Positions 18,709-29,111 are shown, numbered from the stretch's first letter. The stretch: 64,000 nucleotides of DNA from an uncultured Gemmatimonadales bacterium (GCA_963809895.1 CAWELD010000010.1:32001-96000), one strand, 5' to 3'. The notes: generated from the letters alone by a model not told the origin. Made by a program: numbers and translations.

Positions 18709-20781
18709 ATGAGCGAACGCCCGTCCTTCATCGAAGAGCTGAAACGCCGCAAGGTGGTGCGGGTGGCCATCGTGTACGCGGCGGTGTCGTGGGCCGTGCT
18801 CCAGGTGGCGGACATCGTGGTGCCGGCGCTGGGCCTGTCGGAGAAGATGATGACGGGGCTGGTGGTGCTGCTGGTGCTGGGATTCCCGGTCACGCTGGCG
18901 CTGGCGTGGGCCTTCGACGTGACACCGGAGGGCGTGAAGCGGGCGCCGAAGGCCGAGGCCGCGACGGACGACGAGGGGCACGGCTGGGTGTCCGCGCGCA
19001 CCGTGATCGCTGCCGTGGTCCTGCTCGCCGCGGGTTGGGCCGGTGGCCGCTTCCTGCATCCCGCGGGAGGCGACGACGGCGGTGGTGCCGGCTCGGCGAA
19101 CCTCGCGTCGGTGGCGGTGCTCCCCTTCCGGGACCTGGGCAGCACTACCGACTCCACGCACCTGGCCGACGGCATCCAGGACGACATCCTCACGCAGCTC
19201 GGTCGCATCGACGCGCTCCGGGTCACGTCGCGCACCTCGGTGGAGCGCTACCGGGACACGGACAAGGACATCCCCACCATCGCCGACGAGCTCAAGGTGC
19301 GGGCGGTGCTGGAGGGCGGCGTGCAGCGCACCCCCAACCGGGTGCGCATCAACGTGCAGCTCATCGACGGCGGCACCGACAAGCACCTGTGGGCAGAGAG
19401 CTACGACCGGGCGCTCAATGCCGACAATGTGTTCGCTATCCAGTCGGAGATCGCGCGGGCGGTGGCCGACGCGCTGGAGGCCGCGCTCACGCCAGAAGAC
19501 GAGCGCTCGCTGGCGCAGGTCCCCACGCACGATCTGCGGGCGCTCGACCTCTATCATCGCGGCCGCAGCCTGCTGGACTCGGAGGCCGATGAGGATCAGG
19601 TGGCTGCGATCCCGGTCCTGGAAGAAGCCGTCCGCCGCGACTCGACCTACGTTCGGGCCTGGGCCGCGCTGACGCGGGCGCGGAGTTGGCAGATCCGGCA
19701 GGGCAGGGACTGGGACACGCTTCCGGCGCGCGCGGCGCTGGACCGGACGCTGGCCTTGGCTCCCGGCAGCGCCGAAGCCGCCTTCGCCGAAGGGAATTAT
19801 CTGTACTACGCCCGCGGGGACTACGTCGGCGCCCTCGAGGCGTTCGGCCGCCTGTCCGGCGCCGAGGCGAGCAGCGCCGACGTGACCTTCTTCACGGCCA
19901 ACGTCCTGCGCCGGCTGGGGCGCTGGGACGAGACCGTCGACCGCTATGCCCGGGTGACCCGCCTCGAGCCCGAGAACACCCGGGCCTTCTACGAGCTCGG
20001 GTTCACCTACGAGTCTCTGAGGCGCTTCGGTGAAGCGGATTCGGCCCTGGAGCGGGCGTACGAGGTGGCGCCGGACGTGCCCGAGATCATCCACCAGCAG
20101 ATCGACGTGGCGTTGTGGGGGCGGGGGGACACGGCTCGTGCGCGCACCCTGTTGTCGCGTATGCGACGGGTTACGGGGGATCCCAGGCCGGATCTGGTGG
20201 CGGCCGATCTGGCGTACGTCCAACGTGACCCGCGGGCGCTGGAGATCGCGGCCGGCGTGGACCTGCCCACGGCCGTGTTCGATGCCTACACCCTGGGTCC
20301 GGGCGGTCCGGTGGAGCTCTGGCGCGCGCGCATGGCGTGGGCGTTGGGTGACGCCGCCGAGGCGCGGGCACTCTCCGCGAGGTTCGAGCCGGCCTTCGCG
20401 GCGGCGCGTGCGGGCATGGTAGACGGAGCGCGGCATCCGGGCGTCGGCGCCGACTTCTTCGGCACCCTGGGTGGCCTGCACGCCATCCGGGGGTGGGTCG
20501 CGGCCTTCCAGGGACGCCGGGACGCCGCCCTGGCCGAGGCCGACAGTGCCGTCGCGTTGAACCCGGTGGAGGCCGACGCCCTGGAGGGCGTGGTTCTGCT
20601 GCGACAGCGGGCGCTTATCCGCATCGTGGTGGGGGATGCCGAGGGGGCGGTCGAGGACCTGCGGAGGGTGCTGGAGCTACCGGGACTGACCACCGTCCAG
20701 GAGCTGCGGCTGGTGCCGTTCTACGACTCGTTGCGGGACCGGCCGGATTTCCAGGCGCTGATCGCCAGCGGCGAGCGTTGA
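18709..20781 (+). CDS. Membrane-anchored TolB-N/FlgO-like plus TPR protein
   Basis: ELKRRKVVRVAIVY...W three-TM head, SVAVLPF...ADGIQDDILTQL...VTSRTS, TPR repeats, PFYDSLRDRPDFQAL tail. Confidence 0.85.
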   Translation: MSERPSFIEELKRRKVVRVAIVYAAVSWAVLQVADIVVPALGLSEKMMTGLVVLLVLGFPVTLALAWAFDVTPEGVKRAPKAEAATDDEGHGWVSARTVIAAVVLLAAGWAGGRFLHPAGGDDGGGAGSANLASVAVLPFRDLGSTTDSTHLADGIQDDILTQLGRIDALRVTSRTSVERYRDTDKDIPTIADELKVRAVLEGGVQRTPNRVRINVQLIDGGTDKHLWAESYDRALNADNVFAIQSEIARAVADALEAALTPEDERSLAQVPTHDLRALDLYHRGRSLLDSEADEDQVAAIPVLEEAVRRDSTYVRAWAALTRARSWQIRQGRDWDTLPARAALDRTLALAPGSAEAAFAEGNYLYYARGDYVGALEAFGRLSGAEASSADVTFFTANVLRRLGRWDETVDRYARVTRLEPENTRAFYELGFTYESLRRFGEADSALERAYEVAPDVPEIIHQQIDVALWGRGDTARARTLLSRMRRVTGDPRPDLVAADLAYVQRDPRALEIAAGVDLPTAVFDAYTLGPGGPVELWRARMAWALGDAAEARALSARFEPAFAAARAGMVDGARHPGVGADFFGTLGGLHAIRGWVAAFQGRRDAALAEADSAVALNPVEADALEGVVLLRQRALIRIVVGDAEGAVEDLRRVLELPGLTTVQELRLVPFYDSLRDRPDFQALIASGER

Positions 20782-20874
20782 CCGGCGGCGGCTGGCGGGG
20801 CGGGTGCGGTCCGGAGGGGCAGGTAGTTCGACGGGCGTGTGGCACGACGGGCCGGCGCCTCAAGCGCCTGCCGC

Positions 20875-21053
20875 CATGATCAAAGGGACCACGCGTGCGG
20901 CGATCTGAGGCGCGGGGGTGGATTTGGCACGCGGGGGCTGTCGAATCTGGCCGGTCGCCCTCCTCGACCGCGGCCCGCGGTGGATCGGGCGCCTCCAGTG
21001 CGCTCAAACCGCACCATCGTCAGCGCGGCAGCCACGATTGGTCCGTTGGTCAT
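20875..21053. repeat. Dispersed about 180-bp element, family 2, copy B
   Basis: Direct repeat of 18283-18460; ends atgatcaaagggacca and tggtccgttggtcat. Confidence 0.75.
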
Positions 21054-21170
21054 CCCGCTCCGGCGCCCGATGTGAGCGCCGTGCCTCCGCCGCTGTCGAG
21101 GCGTCCCCAGGTCGCTCGCGCCGAGTACCCCGGCACCGCCGCGTAGCGATCCCCCGGGACTACCGGGTGA

Positions 21171-22535
21171 TCACCGGTTGAACGGGAACTGCTGCACCCA
21201 GTTGAATCCCCGGCTCCGGAGCAGGAACGACTCGGGATCCACGTAGGCCATCTCCAGCCGCACCTGGTGTCCCCCCAGCGGACCCTCGAGCACCAGACGC
21301 TCCGGCGAGGGACGCTGGTAGGTCAGCGTGCGCTCGGTGCGGGCGGAGTCGGGCTCGGTGATGACGACGGTACCGGAGACGGTGTCGACGGCCACCGGAT
21401 ATCCGACGAAGGTGTCGGTCATCCGCTGGAACGAGACGACGGTGGGGCGGTCGAAGACGACGCGGCGCCAGCGGGTGGTGTCGCTGATGAGGGCGGGACG
21501 AGGCTCGCCGTCCACCGTCATCCGCTCCACGTCCCAGATGCCGTACAGGGGTGAGCGGGGGGCCCCGCCGCCGTACGCGGTCCAGGCCTGCATCCCGCTG
21601 CGGAGCGCCATCCCCACGGCCCAGATCCCGAACACCACCTGGGCGATGAGCCAGCCTCGTCGCGCCCGCGGTGTGCGACCCAGCGGCGGCTCGGGAAGGA
21701 CGCGGGTGGTGCGCTGCGCTAGGAACAGCTCCGCGAGCCGGGGCAGGTTGGGCGCCAGCAGGAAGAGCGCCATGAGGACCAGGTGGAACGAGAACAGCTT
21801 CACCGGGACGTCGTAGGTCATGTTCAGCACGAACACGGCGATGCCGTCCATGAGCGCCACGACCGCGCCCAGCAGCGCCGTGCGCGGCACGAACAGCAAG
21901 ATACCCGCCCCCATCTCCGCCAACCCGACGAAGCGCTCGTAGCTGTGCGCCGCGCCGATGGAATACCAGAGCACGCCCATGGGCGAGAAGTGGCCGTACG
22001 GCTCCAGCAGGCGGGTGAGCCCGGGCGCCGGCATCTGCAGCGGAATGAACTTCACGCTGCCGTACAGGAGGAACGTCGTGCCGAGCCCGAAGCGCACGAA
22101 GAGGCGGAACCAGCGGTAGAGGCGCGGGTGGCCGCGCGTTCCTGGCGCACCGGGCGTCCCGGGTGTAGCCGGCGTTACCGACGTCGATCGCTTCCGCCGC
22201 TCGAGCGCGGACCACACGGCGGTGGCCAGCGTCGCGATCAGGAGCAGCGTGAAGACGTGCACCCAGTCGAAGAGGGTGTCGCCGCTGCCGGTGGGGACCA
22301 GGGGGATCTCCTCGATCCCCAGGATGTGGTGCCCGACCCACAAGACCACCGGACGCAGGGGCGGCACCGCGTTCAGCGACGGCACGTTGAGCCCGGGAAT
22401 GGGCAGCAGCCCGCCCAGCATCTGCGTCGTGAGCGTGTAGAGCCCGAAGTAGACGAAGAGGAAGCGGAAGGCCAGGGTGGTGCCGAAGGGCCACGGGCGC
22501 GGAGGCTCGGCCGCGGGAATGTCCGGGTTCGTCAC
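21171..22535 (-). CDS. DoxX-like membrane protein
   Basis: GSGDTLFDW, YGSVKFIPLQM, SPMGVLW, NMTYDVPVKLFS, LRSRGFNWVQ..PFNR. Confidence 0.8.
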   Translation of the reverse strand: MTNPDIPAAEPPRPWPFGTTLAFRFLFVYFGLYTLTTQMLGGLLPIPGLNVPSLNAVPPLRPVVLWVGHHILGIEEIPLVPTGSGDTLFDWVHVFTLLLIATLATAVWSALERRKRSTSVTPATPGTPGAPGTRGHPRLYRWFRLFVRFGLGTTFLLYGSVKFIPLQMPAPGLTRLLEPYGHFSPMGVLWYSIGAAHSYERFVGLAEMGAGILLFVPRTALLGAVVALMDGIAVFVLNMTYDVPVKLFSFHLVLMALFLLAPNLPRLAELFLAQRTTRVLPEPPLGRTPRARRGWLIAQVVFGIWAVGMALRSGMQAWTAYGGGAPRSPLYGIWDVERMTVDGEPRPALISDTTRWRRVVFDRPTVVSFQRMTDTFVGYPVAVDTVSGTVVITEPDSARTERTLTYQRPSPERLVLEGPLGGHQVRLEMAYVDPESFLLRSRGFNWVQQFPFNR

Positions 22536-22656
22536 GGGGCACGCCTCGATGGGGAGGGGAGCTGGCGCGTTCTTGGCACTCGCAGACGGGCGCAAGGATG
22601 CGTGGCGGGAGGGCGGGGGGTCAAGAAAGCGCCCATCGATCACCTGATACCGCCCC

Positions 22657-22794
22657 GACGTTTCAGCTGAAACGTCCCGGGGCGCCCCATCGCGGGACCT
22701 CCAGCCCGGACGTGGCGGTGGCGACCCGTCGGCTGCGTTTGGTCAGTCAGAACCTCGAGCCCACCGGTGGCAGCTGGCGTTTCCGCTGAAACGC
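22657..22794. promoter_or_regulatory. Pair of CGTTTC(A/C)GCTGAAACG palindromes in a divergent intergenic region
   Basis: Perfect 20-bp palindrome at 22657-22676; 18-bp copy with one mismatch at 22777-22794. Confidence 0.6.
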
Positions 22795-22916
22795 TTCGGT
22801 GCGCGACGCGCGACGTAGGGGATGAGGACACGCCGCCGCGACGGGCGCACGCCGGCGCGCGCACGCGCGATACCATCGATGATCGATCGGATGACCCCTC
22901 CTCGCAGGAACAGGAC

Positions 22917-25900
22917 ATGAAGCTCACCATTCTCGGTGCCGGCCTGACCCTCATCCTGGCGGCGGGCGTCGCTCCGACCCCGACGCTCCCCGACGACATC
23001 ACGTTGCTGGGCGACAACGAGGGCTCCGAGGGCGACATCCTCTCGTTCAGCGCCTTCGTCGACGCCGAAGGGTCCGAGCCGGTCACCTACACGTGGGACT
23101 TCGGCGACGGCGAAGGAGGGCCTTCGGGGGCGGAAGAGAGCGCGGTCATGCACCGCTACACCAAGGACGGCAGCTACACGGTCACCGTGCGGGCCGGCGC
23201 CCTCGAGGCCAGCCTGGAGGTCGAGGTCAAGCCCGAGCCGCCGGTCATCGACGTCCTGTCCGACGAGCCCGACGGCGCCACGGTGCGCTTCGAGGCCGAG
23301 GCCCACGATCCCGGCGACGACGAGCTGACCTACGTCTGGGACTTCGGAGACGGCAGCCAGCCCAGCGAGGGCGTGGATCTGACCGAAACGAGCCATCGCT
23401 ACGCCGAGGCCGGCGACTACACGGTCACCCTCACCGTGCGCGACGAGGACGGGCTCGAGGCCGTACGGGTGTTGGGCGTGGCCGCCAACCGCGGCTTCAA
23501 GGGAGCTTTCGCCGGCGAGGTGCAGCTTCCCTTCGACGGCACCTCGGGCAAGGCCTCGCTCTCCAACGCGCTTCCGGGATCCCGCGCCATCCCCCTGGGC
23601 AATCTGCCCATCTTCACGGGGGCGGCGCCCATGGGTGGCGGCGTCGTGGACCTGAGCGACGCCTTCGGGATCTGCCTGGTGAACGCGGGATTCTGGGACG
23701 ACGAGCACAAGGCCCACATCAACTTCCAGTGGACGCCCAACGCGGACAGCGTCTTCGTCCCGCGCATGTACGTGGTCGGTTGGAAAGGAGCCGAGGACGA
23801 CCGCATCCCCCCGGATCAGCTCCTGGTGAACGCCCTCATTCTGGGCATCGATCCGTCGTACGAGGACACCAAGAACGGCGCCGAAAACATGGAGATCTTC
23901 GCCGGCGGAGGCGGGCTTTCCGGCGCCATCAACACGCTGAAGAGCATGCTGGGCGGGCTGACGGGGGGCGGGGGGCAGGCCGCCGTGGGCCCGGGCCGGA
24001 ACTGGCAGCTGACGTCGTACGCGGGCTTCATCCGGATCACCGGCATCACGTACGAGCGTGTCATGGGCACCATGGACGTCCGCCTGCGGGGTGCCTACAT
24101 GGGCCGCGAGGGCTCGGGCACGGCCAGCTACGTCGAGTTGAAGGGGGATTTCGCCTGGGAGATGGACGAGAACTCACGGGCGAGCATGGCGGCGTGCGGC
24201 GGCCGCGAGTTCGGCATCGACACGCACACGCCGTGGGTCGAGGAGGAGAACGTCGACTTCCGGGAGCCGGACATCAGCCTGACGCTCACCTTCCCCTACC
24301 GGCGCGCCACGGTGACGGATCAGACCTTGCAGGTCGGGTGGCTGGGCAGCGGCGGCGGCTTCAATCCCATCCAGGGACGCCTGGTCCACGACGACGACGA
24401 GGTGACGGTCCACTTCGTGCCCGACGACAAGCTCGAGGACGCGGTGTTCTACAAAGTCCGGGTGAAGGGAGGGCAGGCCGGCATCAAGAGCCGGTCCGGC
24501 GAGACGCTGTCCTCGGACTACGAGTGGCGCTTCTCCACCTATCCGGACTTCGTCATCGAGGGATCGGGTGGAGGCGGGGCCCCCTCGGGAGCGGGTCAGC
24601 AGGAGCAGGAGAGCGACGGGCCGGAGCTCGCGGCCTCGCCGTGGGATGCCTCGGGCGGGAATCCCCCGGAACAGACCCGGCGCGCGGGGCCGTTCGCTAC
24701 CGGGCTCGCCGGCGAGGGAGGTGCGGTGTCGGCGGCGGAAGCGGAATCCCCCCAGCTCGTGCAGAAGCTCTGCGACCGCACCGACCCGAGCGAGTGGAGC
24801 GAGACGCCCACGGTGGACCTGCTGGTCTACCAATCCTCGTGCAACCAGAAGCTGGTCCCCGGCAAGCCGGCCATGGCGCGGGTCTATCTGAACTGGGCCT
24901 ACCCCGCTGGCAAGAAGGGCATCGACAAGTACACGGCGCAGGTTCGCTTCGAGGGTGCGGGGGGGCCGGCGGCGCGCACGGTCACCGTGAAGCGTCAGGA
25001 GCTCTACAGCGACGCGGACCGCAGGGACGCCCGGAACAGCGTGAACTTTCCCTTCACGCCCAGCGGTGGCGGGGTGCAGAAGGTCGCGGCTTCGGTGCAC
25101 GCCTACGGGACCGGCTCGCAGGGGCCGATCAAGGAGCTCGCCGGCCAGGTGCGCACCCTCCAGAGCATGAGCAAGGCGGTCTCCGTCGAGATCCCCATCA
25201 TCTTTCCACAGGTGGGTTCGTGGCGCGACGGCGTCCCCCGAGACGTCATCGATCGGTGGACCGGGCGGCTGAACATCGCCGGTGACGGCGTGGCCTTCGC
25301 GCAGCAGAACTACCCGGTGGTGTCGATCCGCCCGAAGATCGACCCCAAGCCCCTGGTGCTCCAGGGCGAGCCCGAGTCGCGCAGGACCGAGGCGTGTGGT
25401 CCAGGCAACACGCGGCAGTGCATGAACTACCGGCAGTACAGTGTCCTGACCCTCGACGCCGACGACTGGCTCCAGAGCGCGCTCATCACGCATTACACGA
25501 AGAACGGGGGCAAGCGTCCGCCGGTGGTGCTGGCCGTGGTGCCCGAGGACTTCGGCGGTGACTGGGGCGGGATCACGAAGCACGACATCGGGCTCCTGGA
25601 CAGCTTCTCCGACGTACGGCCGCGCACGCCGGCGGTGATCTTCATCAAGGCCGACATGAACACGCGCACGGTGGCCCACGAGATCGGGCACGCGCTGGGG
25701 CTCCCGCACAAGGACACCCGCGACGACGCCGACCGTGATCCGGGCATCGAGGGATTCCGCATCGAGCCGAGTGGCGCCGCGAACAAGTCCTACGCCGAGG
25801 GCAACGCCGCCGCGAGCCAGCTCATCTCGCTCATGGAAGCCGGCGACGCGGACAAGGTCGAGGACAACAACTTCATCCTGAACGACCAGTACCATGCCCT

Positions 25901-27338
25901 GCTCGAGCACCTGGAGAAGAACCCGTTGTGGGTGGCGTCGGCCGAGGGTGACGCCTGGTTCCGACGGGGGGATTCTCCGCTGGACTTCCGCGCGCAGGGG
26001 CAGGCGCTCGGGGGATGGGGTCCCGAGGCCGGGCAACGCTCGGGGCCGTGGGCGCCTCCCGCGCCATCCGAGCCTCCGCAGGCCGGGCCCACGCTCTACG
26101 TGACGGGCTGGGCGCCGCTCGAGGGTGAGGGCGAGGGCTATCTGGATCCCCTGGTGACGCTGGACGCCGCGCCGGAGCCGCCCACGCCCGGCGAGTATCG
26201 GCTCCGGCTCGAGGGCGCCGACGGGAGCGTGCTGGACGAGGTGCCCTTCGAGCCCGAGCGGGAGTACTGGTCCGAGGGCGAGGTGAAGGAGCTCACGCTC
26301 TATCCGTTCCGGTTGCGCTTGCCGTACCGGGACGGGGTGGTGGCTGCGAAGGTCGTGGATCCCTCGGGCACCGTGGTGGCCGAGCGCAGCGCCGGTGCGG
26401 GCGTGCCCGAGGTGCGTTTCCGGGAGGACGGCGGCCGGGTGTGGCGGAGCGGGGGCGCCGTGCGCTGGCAGGGGAGCGATCCCGACGGCGACGCGCTTTC
26501 CTACACGCTGGCGTACCGGCCCGACGACGGCGCCGACTGGCAGACCGTGGTGGCCGACGTGCCGACCACCGAGGTGACGCCGGAGCCCGGCCTCCTCGAG
26601 CCCGGTGACTCGCCCCGCTTCCGCCTCACCGCGTCCGACGGCGTCCACTCGGCCACCGTGGAGTCCGGCAAGGTGGAGCCGGCGCTGGTCGTGGTGGAGC
26701 GCCGTCCGTCGGGCGCCCGTCCGGCGCCGGTCACGACGGTGGTGCAGGTGCGCTTCAACGCTCCGGTGGGCGACGGCGCGCCGGCCGACGCCCTCGTCCT
26801 CACCGGGGGCGACGGCGCCGTGGTGGAGGGCGACGTGCGCGCCTTCGACGAGGGACGCGTGCTGGAGCTCCGCCCCAGGGAGCCGCTGCTGGCGGGGACC
26901 GAGTACGCCGTGGAGCTGAAGGACGGGCTGCGGAGCGTCTCCGGCGCCCGGGGCGACGGGGAGCGTTGGAGCTTCACCACCGAGGCCGACACGACCCCGC
27001 CCGCGGTGATCCGCACATCTCCCCGCCAGGGATCCATCTCCATCCCCGTCGGTGACCGCATCCTGATCCAGTTCTCCGAGGCGATGGACGAGTCGTCGCT
27101 GTCGGGCGCCGTGGTGGTGCGGGACGCCGCGGGCGCGGCGGTGGCCGGGCGGGTCGCCTACGACGGCAAGACGTACGCGGCCTTCGTCCCGGACGCCCCG
27201 TTCGAGCCCGGAACCACCTACGAGGTGAGGGTGACGGGCGCGGCGTTGGACCGTTCCGGCAACGGGGTGGCCGACGAGTACACGTGGACCTTCACGACGG
27301 CGGGCGAGGGCGGTCCGCTCCGGAGGTCCGGGGGATAG
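22917..27338 (+). CDS. Large secreted multidomain protein: 2 PKD, Big_5 Ig-like, metzincin zinc-peptidase, 2 C-terminal Big_5
   Basis: Two WDFGDG motifs, HEIGHALGLPH followed by an SLM Met-turn, repeated W.FTT Ig ends, N-terminal signal. Confidence 0.82.
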   Translation: MKLTILGAGLTLILAAGVAPTPTLPDDITLLGDNEGSEGDILSFSAFVDAEGSEPVTYTWDFGDGEGGPSGAEESAVMHRYTKDGSYTVTVRAGALEASLEVEVKPEPPVIDVLSDEPDGATVRFEAEAHDPGDDELTYVWDFGDGSQPSEGVDLTETSHRYAEAGDYTVTLTVRDEDGLEAVRVLGVAANRGFKGAFAGEVQLPFDGTSGKASLSNALPGSRAIPLGNLPIFTGAAPMGGGVVDLSDAFGICLVNAGFWDDEHKAHINFQWTPNADSVFVPRMYVVGWKGAEDDRIPPDQLLVNALILGIDPSYEDTKNGAENMEIFAGGGGLSGAINTLKSMLGGLTGGGGQAAVGPGRNWQLTSYAGFIRITGITYERVMGTMDVRLRGAYMGREGSGTASYVELKGDFAWEMDENSRASMAACGGREFGIDTHTPWVEEENVDFREPDISLTLTFPYRRATVTDQTLQVGWLGSGGGFNPIQGRLVHDDDEVTVHFVPDDKLEDAVFYKVRVKGGQAGIKSRSGETLSSDYEWRFSTYPDFVIEGSGGGGAPSGAGQQEQESDGPELAASPWDASGGNPPEQTRRAGPFATGLAGEGGAVSAAEAESPQLVQKLCDRTDPSEWSETPTVDLLVYQSSCNQKLVPGKPAMARVYLNWAYPAGKKGIDKYTAQVRFEGAGGPAARTVTVKRQELYSDADRRDARNSVNFPFTPSGGGVQKVAASVHAYGTGSQGPIKELAGQVRTLQSMSKAVSVEIPIIFPQVGSWRDGVPRDVIDRWTGRLNIAGDGVAFAQQNYPVVSIRPKIDPKPLVLQGEPESRRTEACGPGNTRQCMNYRQYSVLTLDADDWLQSALITHYTKNGGKRPPVVLAVVPEDFGGDWGGITKHDIGLLDSFSDVRPRTPAVIFIKADMNTRTVAHEIGHALGLPHKDTRDDADRDPGIEGFRIEPSGAANKSYAEGNAAASQLISLMEAGDADKVEDNNFILNDQYHALLEHLEKNPLWVASAEGDAWFRRGDSPLDFRAQGQALGGWGPEAGQRSGPWAPPAPSEPPQAGPTLYVTGWAPLEGEGEGYLDPLVTLDAAPEPPTPGEYRLRLEGADGSVLDEVPFEPEREYWSEGEVKELTLYPFRLRLPYRDGVVAAKVVDPSGTVVAERSAGAGVPEVRFREDGGRVWRSGGAVRWQGSDPDGDALSYTLAYRPDDGADWQTVVADVPTTEVTPEPGLLEPGDSPRFRLTASDGVHSATVESGKVEPALVVVERRPSGARPAPVTTVVQVRFNAPVGDGAPADALVLTGGDGAVVEGDVRAFDEGRVLELRPREPLLAGTEYAVELKDGLRSVSGARGDGERWSFTTEADTTPPAVIRTSPRQGSISIPVGDRILIQFSEAMDESSLSGAVVVRDAAGAAVAGRVAYDGKTYAAFVPDAPFEPGTTYEVRVTGAALDRSGNGVADEYTWTFTTAGEGGPLRRSGG

Positions 27339-27490
27339 CCTCGCGGGCTGCTGACGGGGGATGTCGTTGCCGTGTCGCAGGTTGCACGCGGGGTCGTCGG
27401 CGTCGCTCCGCGGGCGGCCCATCGGACCATGGCGCTGGCCGGCGGCACCCCCTATCATCGCGCGTGTCCGTCCCCCCGCCATACTGATTC

Positions 27491-29077
27491 ATGAGCCACG
27501 ACCCGAGCCCGGAATCACCCGCGCCCGAGCACCCGGAAGAGGCGTCCACCGCCGATTCCCGGGCGCAGACCGGGTCGTCCTTCGACCGCTACCGGCAGAT
27601 CTACGAAGGCGTGGCGTTGCCGGTCCTGCTGATCGACGCCGACAGCTGGCGCATCCTGGCCGCCAACGAGGCTGCCCTGACCCAGTATGGCTATTCCCAC
27701 GACGAGTTCGTGGGGATGTCGGTGCTCGAGGTGCGCCCACCCAAGGGCCGGGACGAGGCGCGCCGGGTGCTCGGCCAGATGCCCCAGGGCCTGTGGAAGG
27801 CGTCGGGCGTGAAGCACGTGCGCAAAGACGGCTCCGTGTTCCACGCCGACGTCTGGTCGCGGGACACCGTCGTGGAAGGCCGGGCGGTCCGCGTGGCCAC
27901 CGTCAGCGACGTCACCGAGCGCGTGGCACTCCAGAACGAGGTGCAGCAGGCGCAGAAGATGGAGGCCGTGGGCCAGCTCGCCGGGGGCATCGCGCACGAC
28001 TTCAACAACATGCTCACGGCCATCATCGCCGGAACCGACCTGCTCCGGGAGCACGTGGAGGACGATGCGGACGCCGCGCTGGAGGTGCGCGAGATCCGCC
28101 GGGTGGCGCAGCACGCCGCCGCGCTCACGCGCCAGTTGCTGGCGTTCAGCCGCCAGCAGGTCATGCGGGTGGAGGTGGTGCCGCTGAACGACGTGGTCAT
28201 GCGCGTCGAGGCCCTGTTGCAGCGCGTGCTGGGGCCCCACGTCGAGCTGACCACGCAGATGGATCCCGACGCCTGGATGGCGCGCGTGGATCCCCAGCAG
28301 TTGGAGCAGGTGATCGTGAACATGGCGGTGAACGCACAGGACGCCATGCCCGGTGGGGGCGTCCTGGAGATCGCGACCCGCAATCTCACGCTCGCGTCCG
28401 GGGCCAGCTTCGAGGGGGTCAGCATTCCCGCGGGCGAGTACGCCGAGCTCGCCGTGCGGGACACCGGCGTGGGCATGGACCCCCTCACCCGGGCCCGGAT
28501 CTTCGAGCCCTTCTTCACCACCAAGCCGCCGCCCGAGGGCACCGGGCTCGGGCTGTCCATGGCCTACGGCACGGTACGCCAGAGCGGGGGATTCATCGTC
28601 GTGGAGTCCGCGGAGGGCGAGGGTACGACCTTCCGCATCCTGCTGCCGCGCGCCGGCGCGGTGACGGCCGGCGAGGTGGCCGCCCCGTCCGGGGCCGAGG
28701 CCAGGGACGGACGCGCGGTGCTGGTGGTCGAGGACGAGGACTCGGTGCGCCGCATCATCGGCCGCGTCCTCGAGCGCATGGGCTTCGCCGTCACCGCGGT
28801 GGCCAACGGCGAGGAAGCGCTGGCAGTGGTGGAAGCCGGCGGCGTGACACCCGAGCTTCTCGTGACGGGTCTCGTCATGCCGCGCATGAGCGGCGGGGAG
28901 TTGGCGGCGCAACTGTCGGCGGCGCTCCCCGACCTCCGCGTGCTCTTCATCTCGGGATACACCGACGAGGCCGTCGGCCACCTGGGCAAGCTCGGCGACG
29001 GCCGGACCTTCCTGCAGAAGCCCTTCTCGGTGGACTCGCTCAGCCAGGCGGTGCGCGAGGTGCTGCGGGGGGATTGA
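27491..29077 (+). CDS. PAS-domain hybrid sensor histidine kinase (CckA-like) with a degenerate receiver domain
   Basis: AGGIAHDFNN H-box, N/G1/F/G2 boxes (FEPFFTTK...GTGLGL), receiver VLVVEDE...KPF. Confidence 0.92.
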   Translation: MSHDPSPESPAPEHPEEASTADSRAQTGSSFDRYRQIYEGVALPVLLIDADSWRILAANEAALTQYGYSHDEFVGMSVLEVRPPKGRDEARRVLGQMPQGLWKASGVKHVRKDGSVFHADVWSRDTVVEGRAVRVATVSDVTERVALQNEVQQAQKMEAVGQLAGGIAHDFNNMLTAIIAGTDLLREHVEDDADAALEVREIRRVAQHAAALTRQLLAFSRQQVMRVEVVPLNDVVMRVEALLQRVLGPHVELTTQMDPDAWMARVDPQQLEQVIVNMAVNAQDAMPGGGVLEIATRNLTLASGASFEGVSIPAGEYAELAVRDTGVGMDPLTRARIFEPFFTTKPPPEGTGLGLSMAYGTVRQSGGFIVVESAEGEGTTFRILLPRAGAVTAGEVAAPSGAEARDGRAVLVVEDEDSVRRIIGRVLERMGFAVTAVANGEEALAVVEAGGVTPELLVTGLVMPRMSGGELAAQLSAALPDLRVLFISGYTDEAVGHLGKLGDGRTFLQKPFSVDSLSQAVREVLRGD

Positions 29078-29111
29078 GGGCGGGGGGATGTCGGTCAGCC
29101 GCGGCCGCTCC

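Noticed and set aside
24174..27482. Long antisense ORFs (this 1102-aa ORF and others such as 34199-36790, 57326-59632, 7828-9753)
   Set aside because: Shadow ORFs of high-GC genes with no motifs; the opposite strand carries recognisable proteins.
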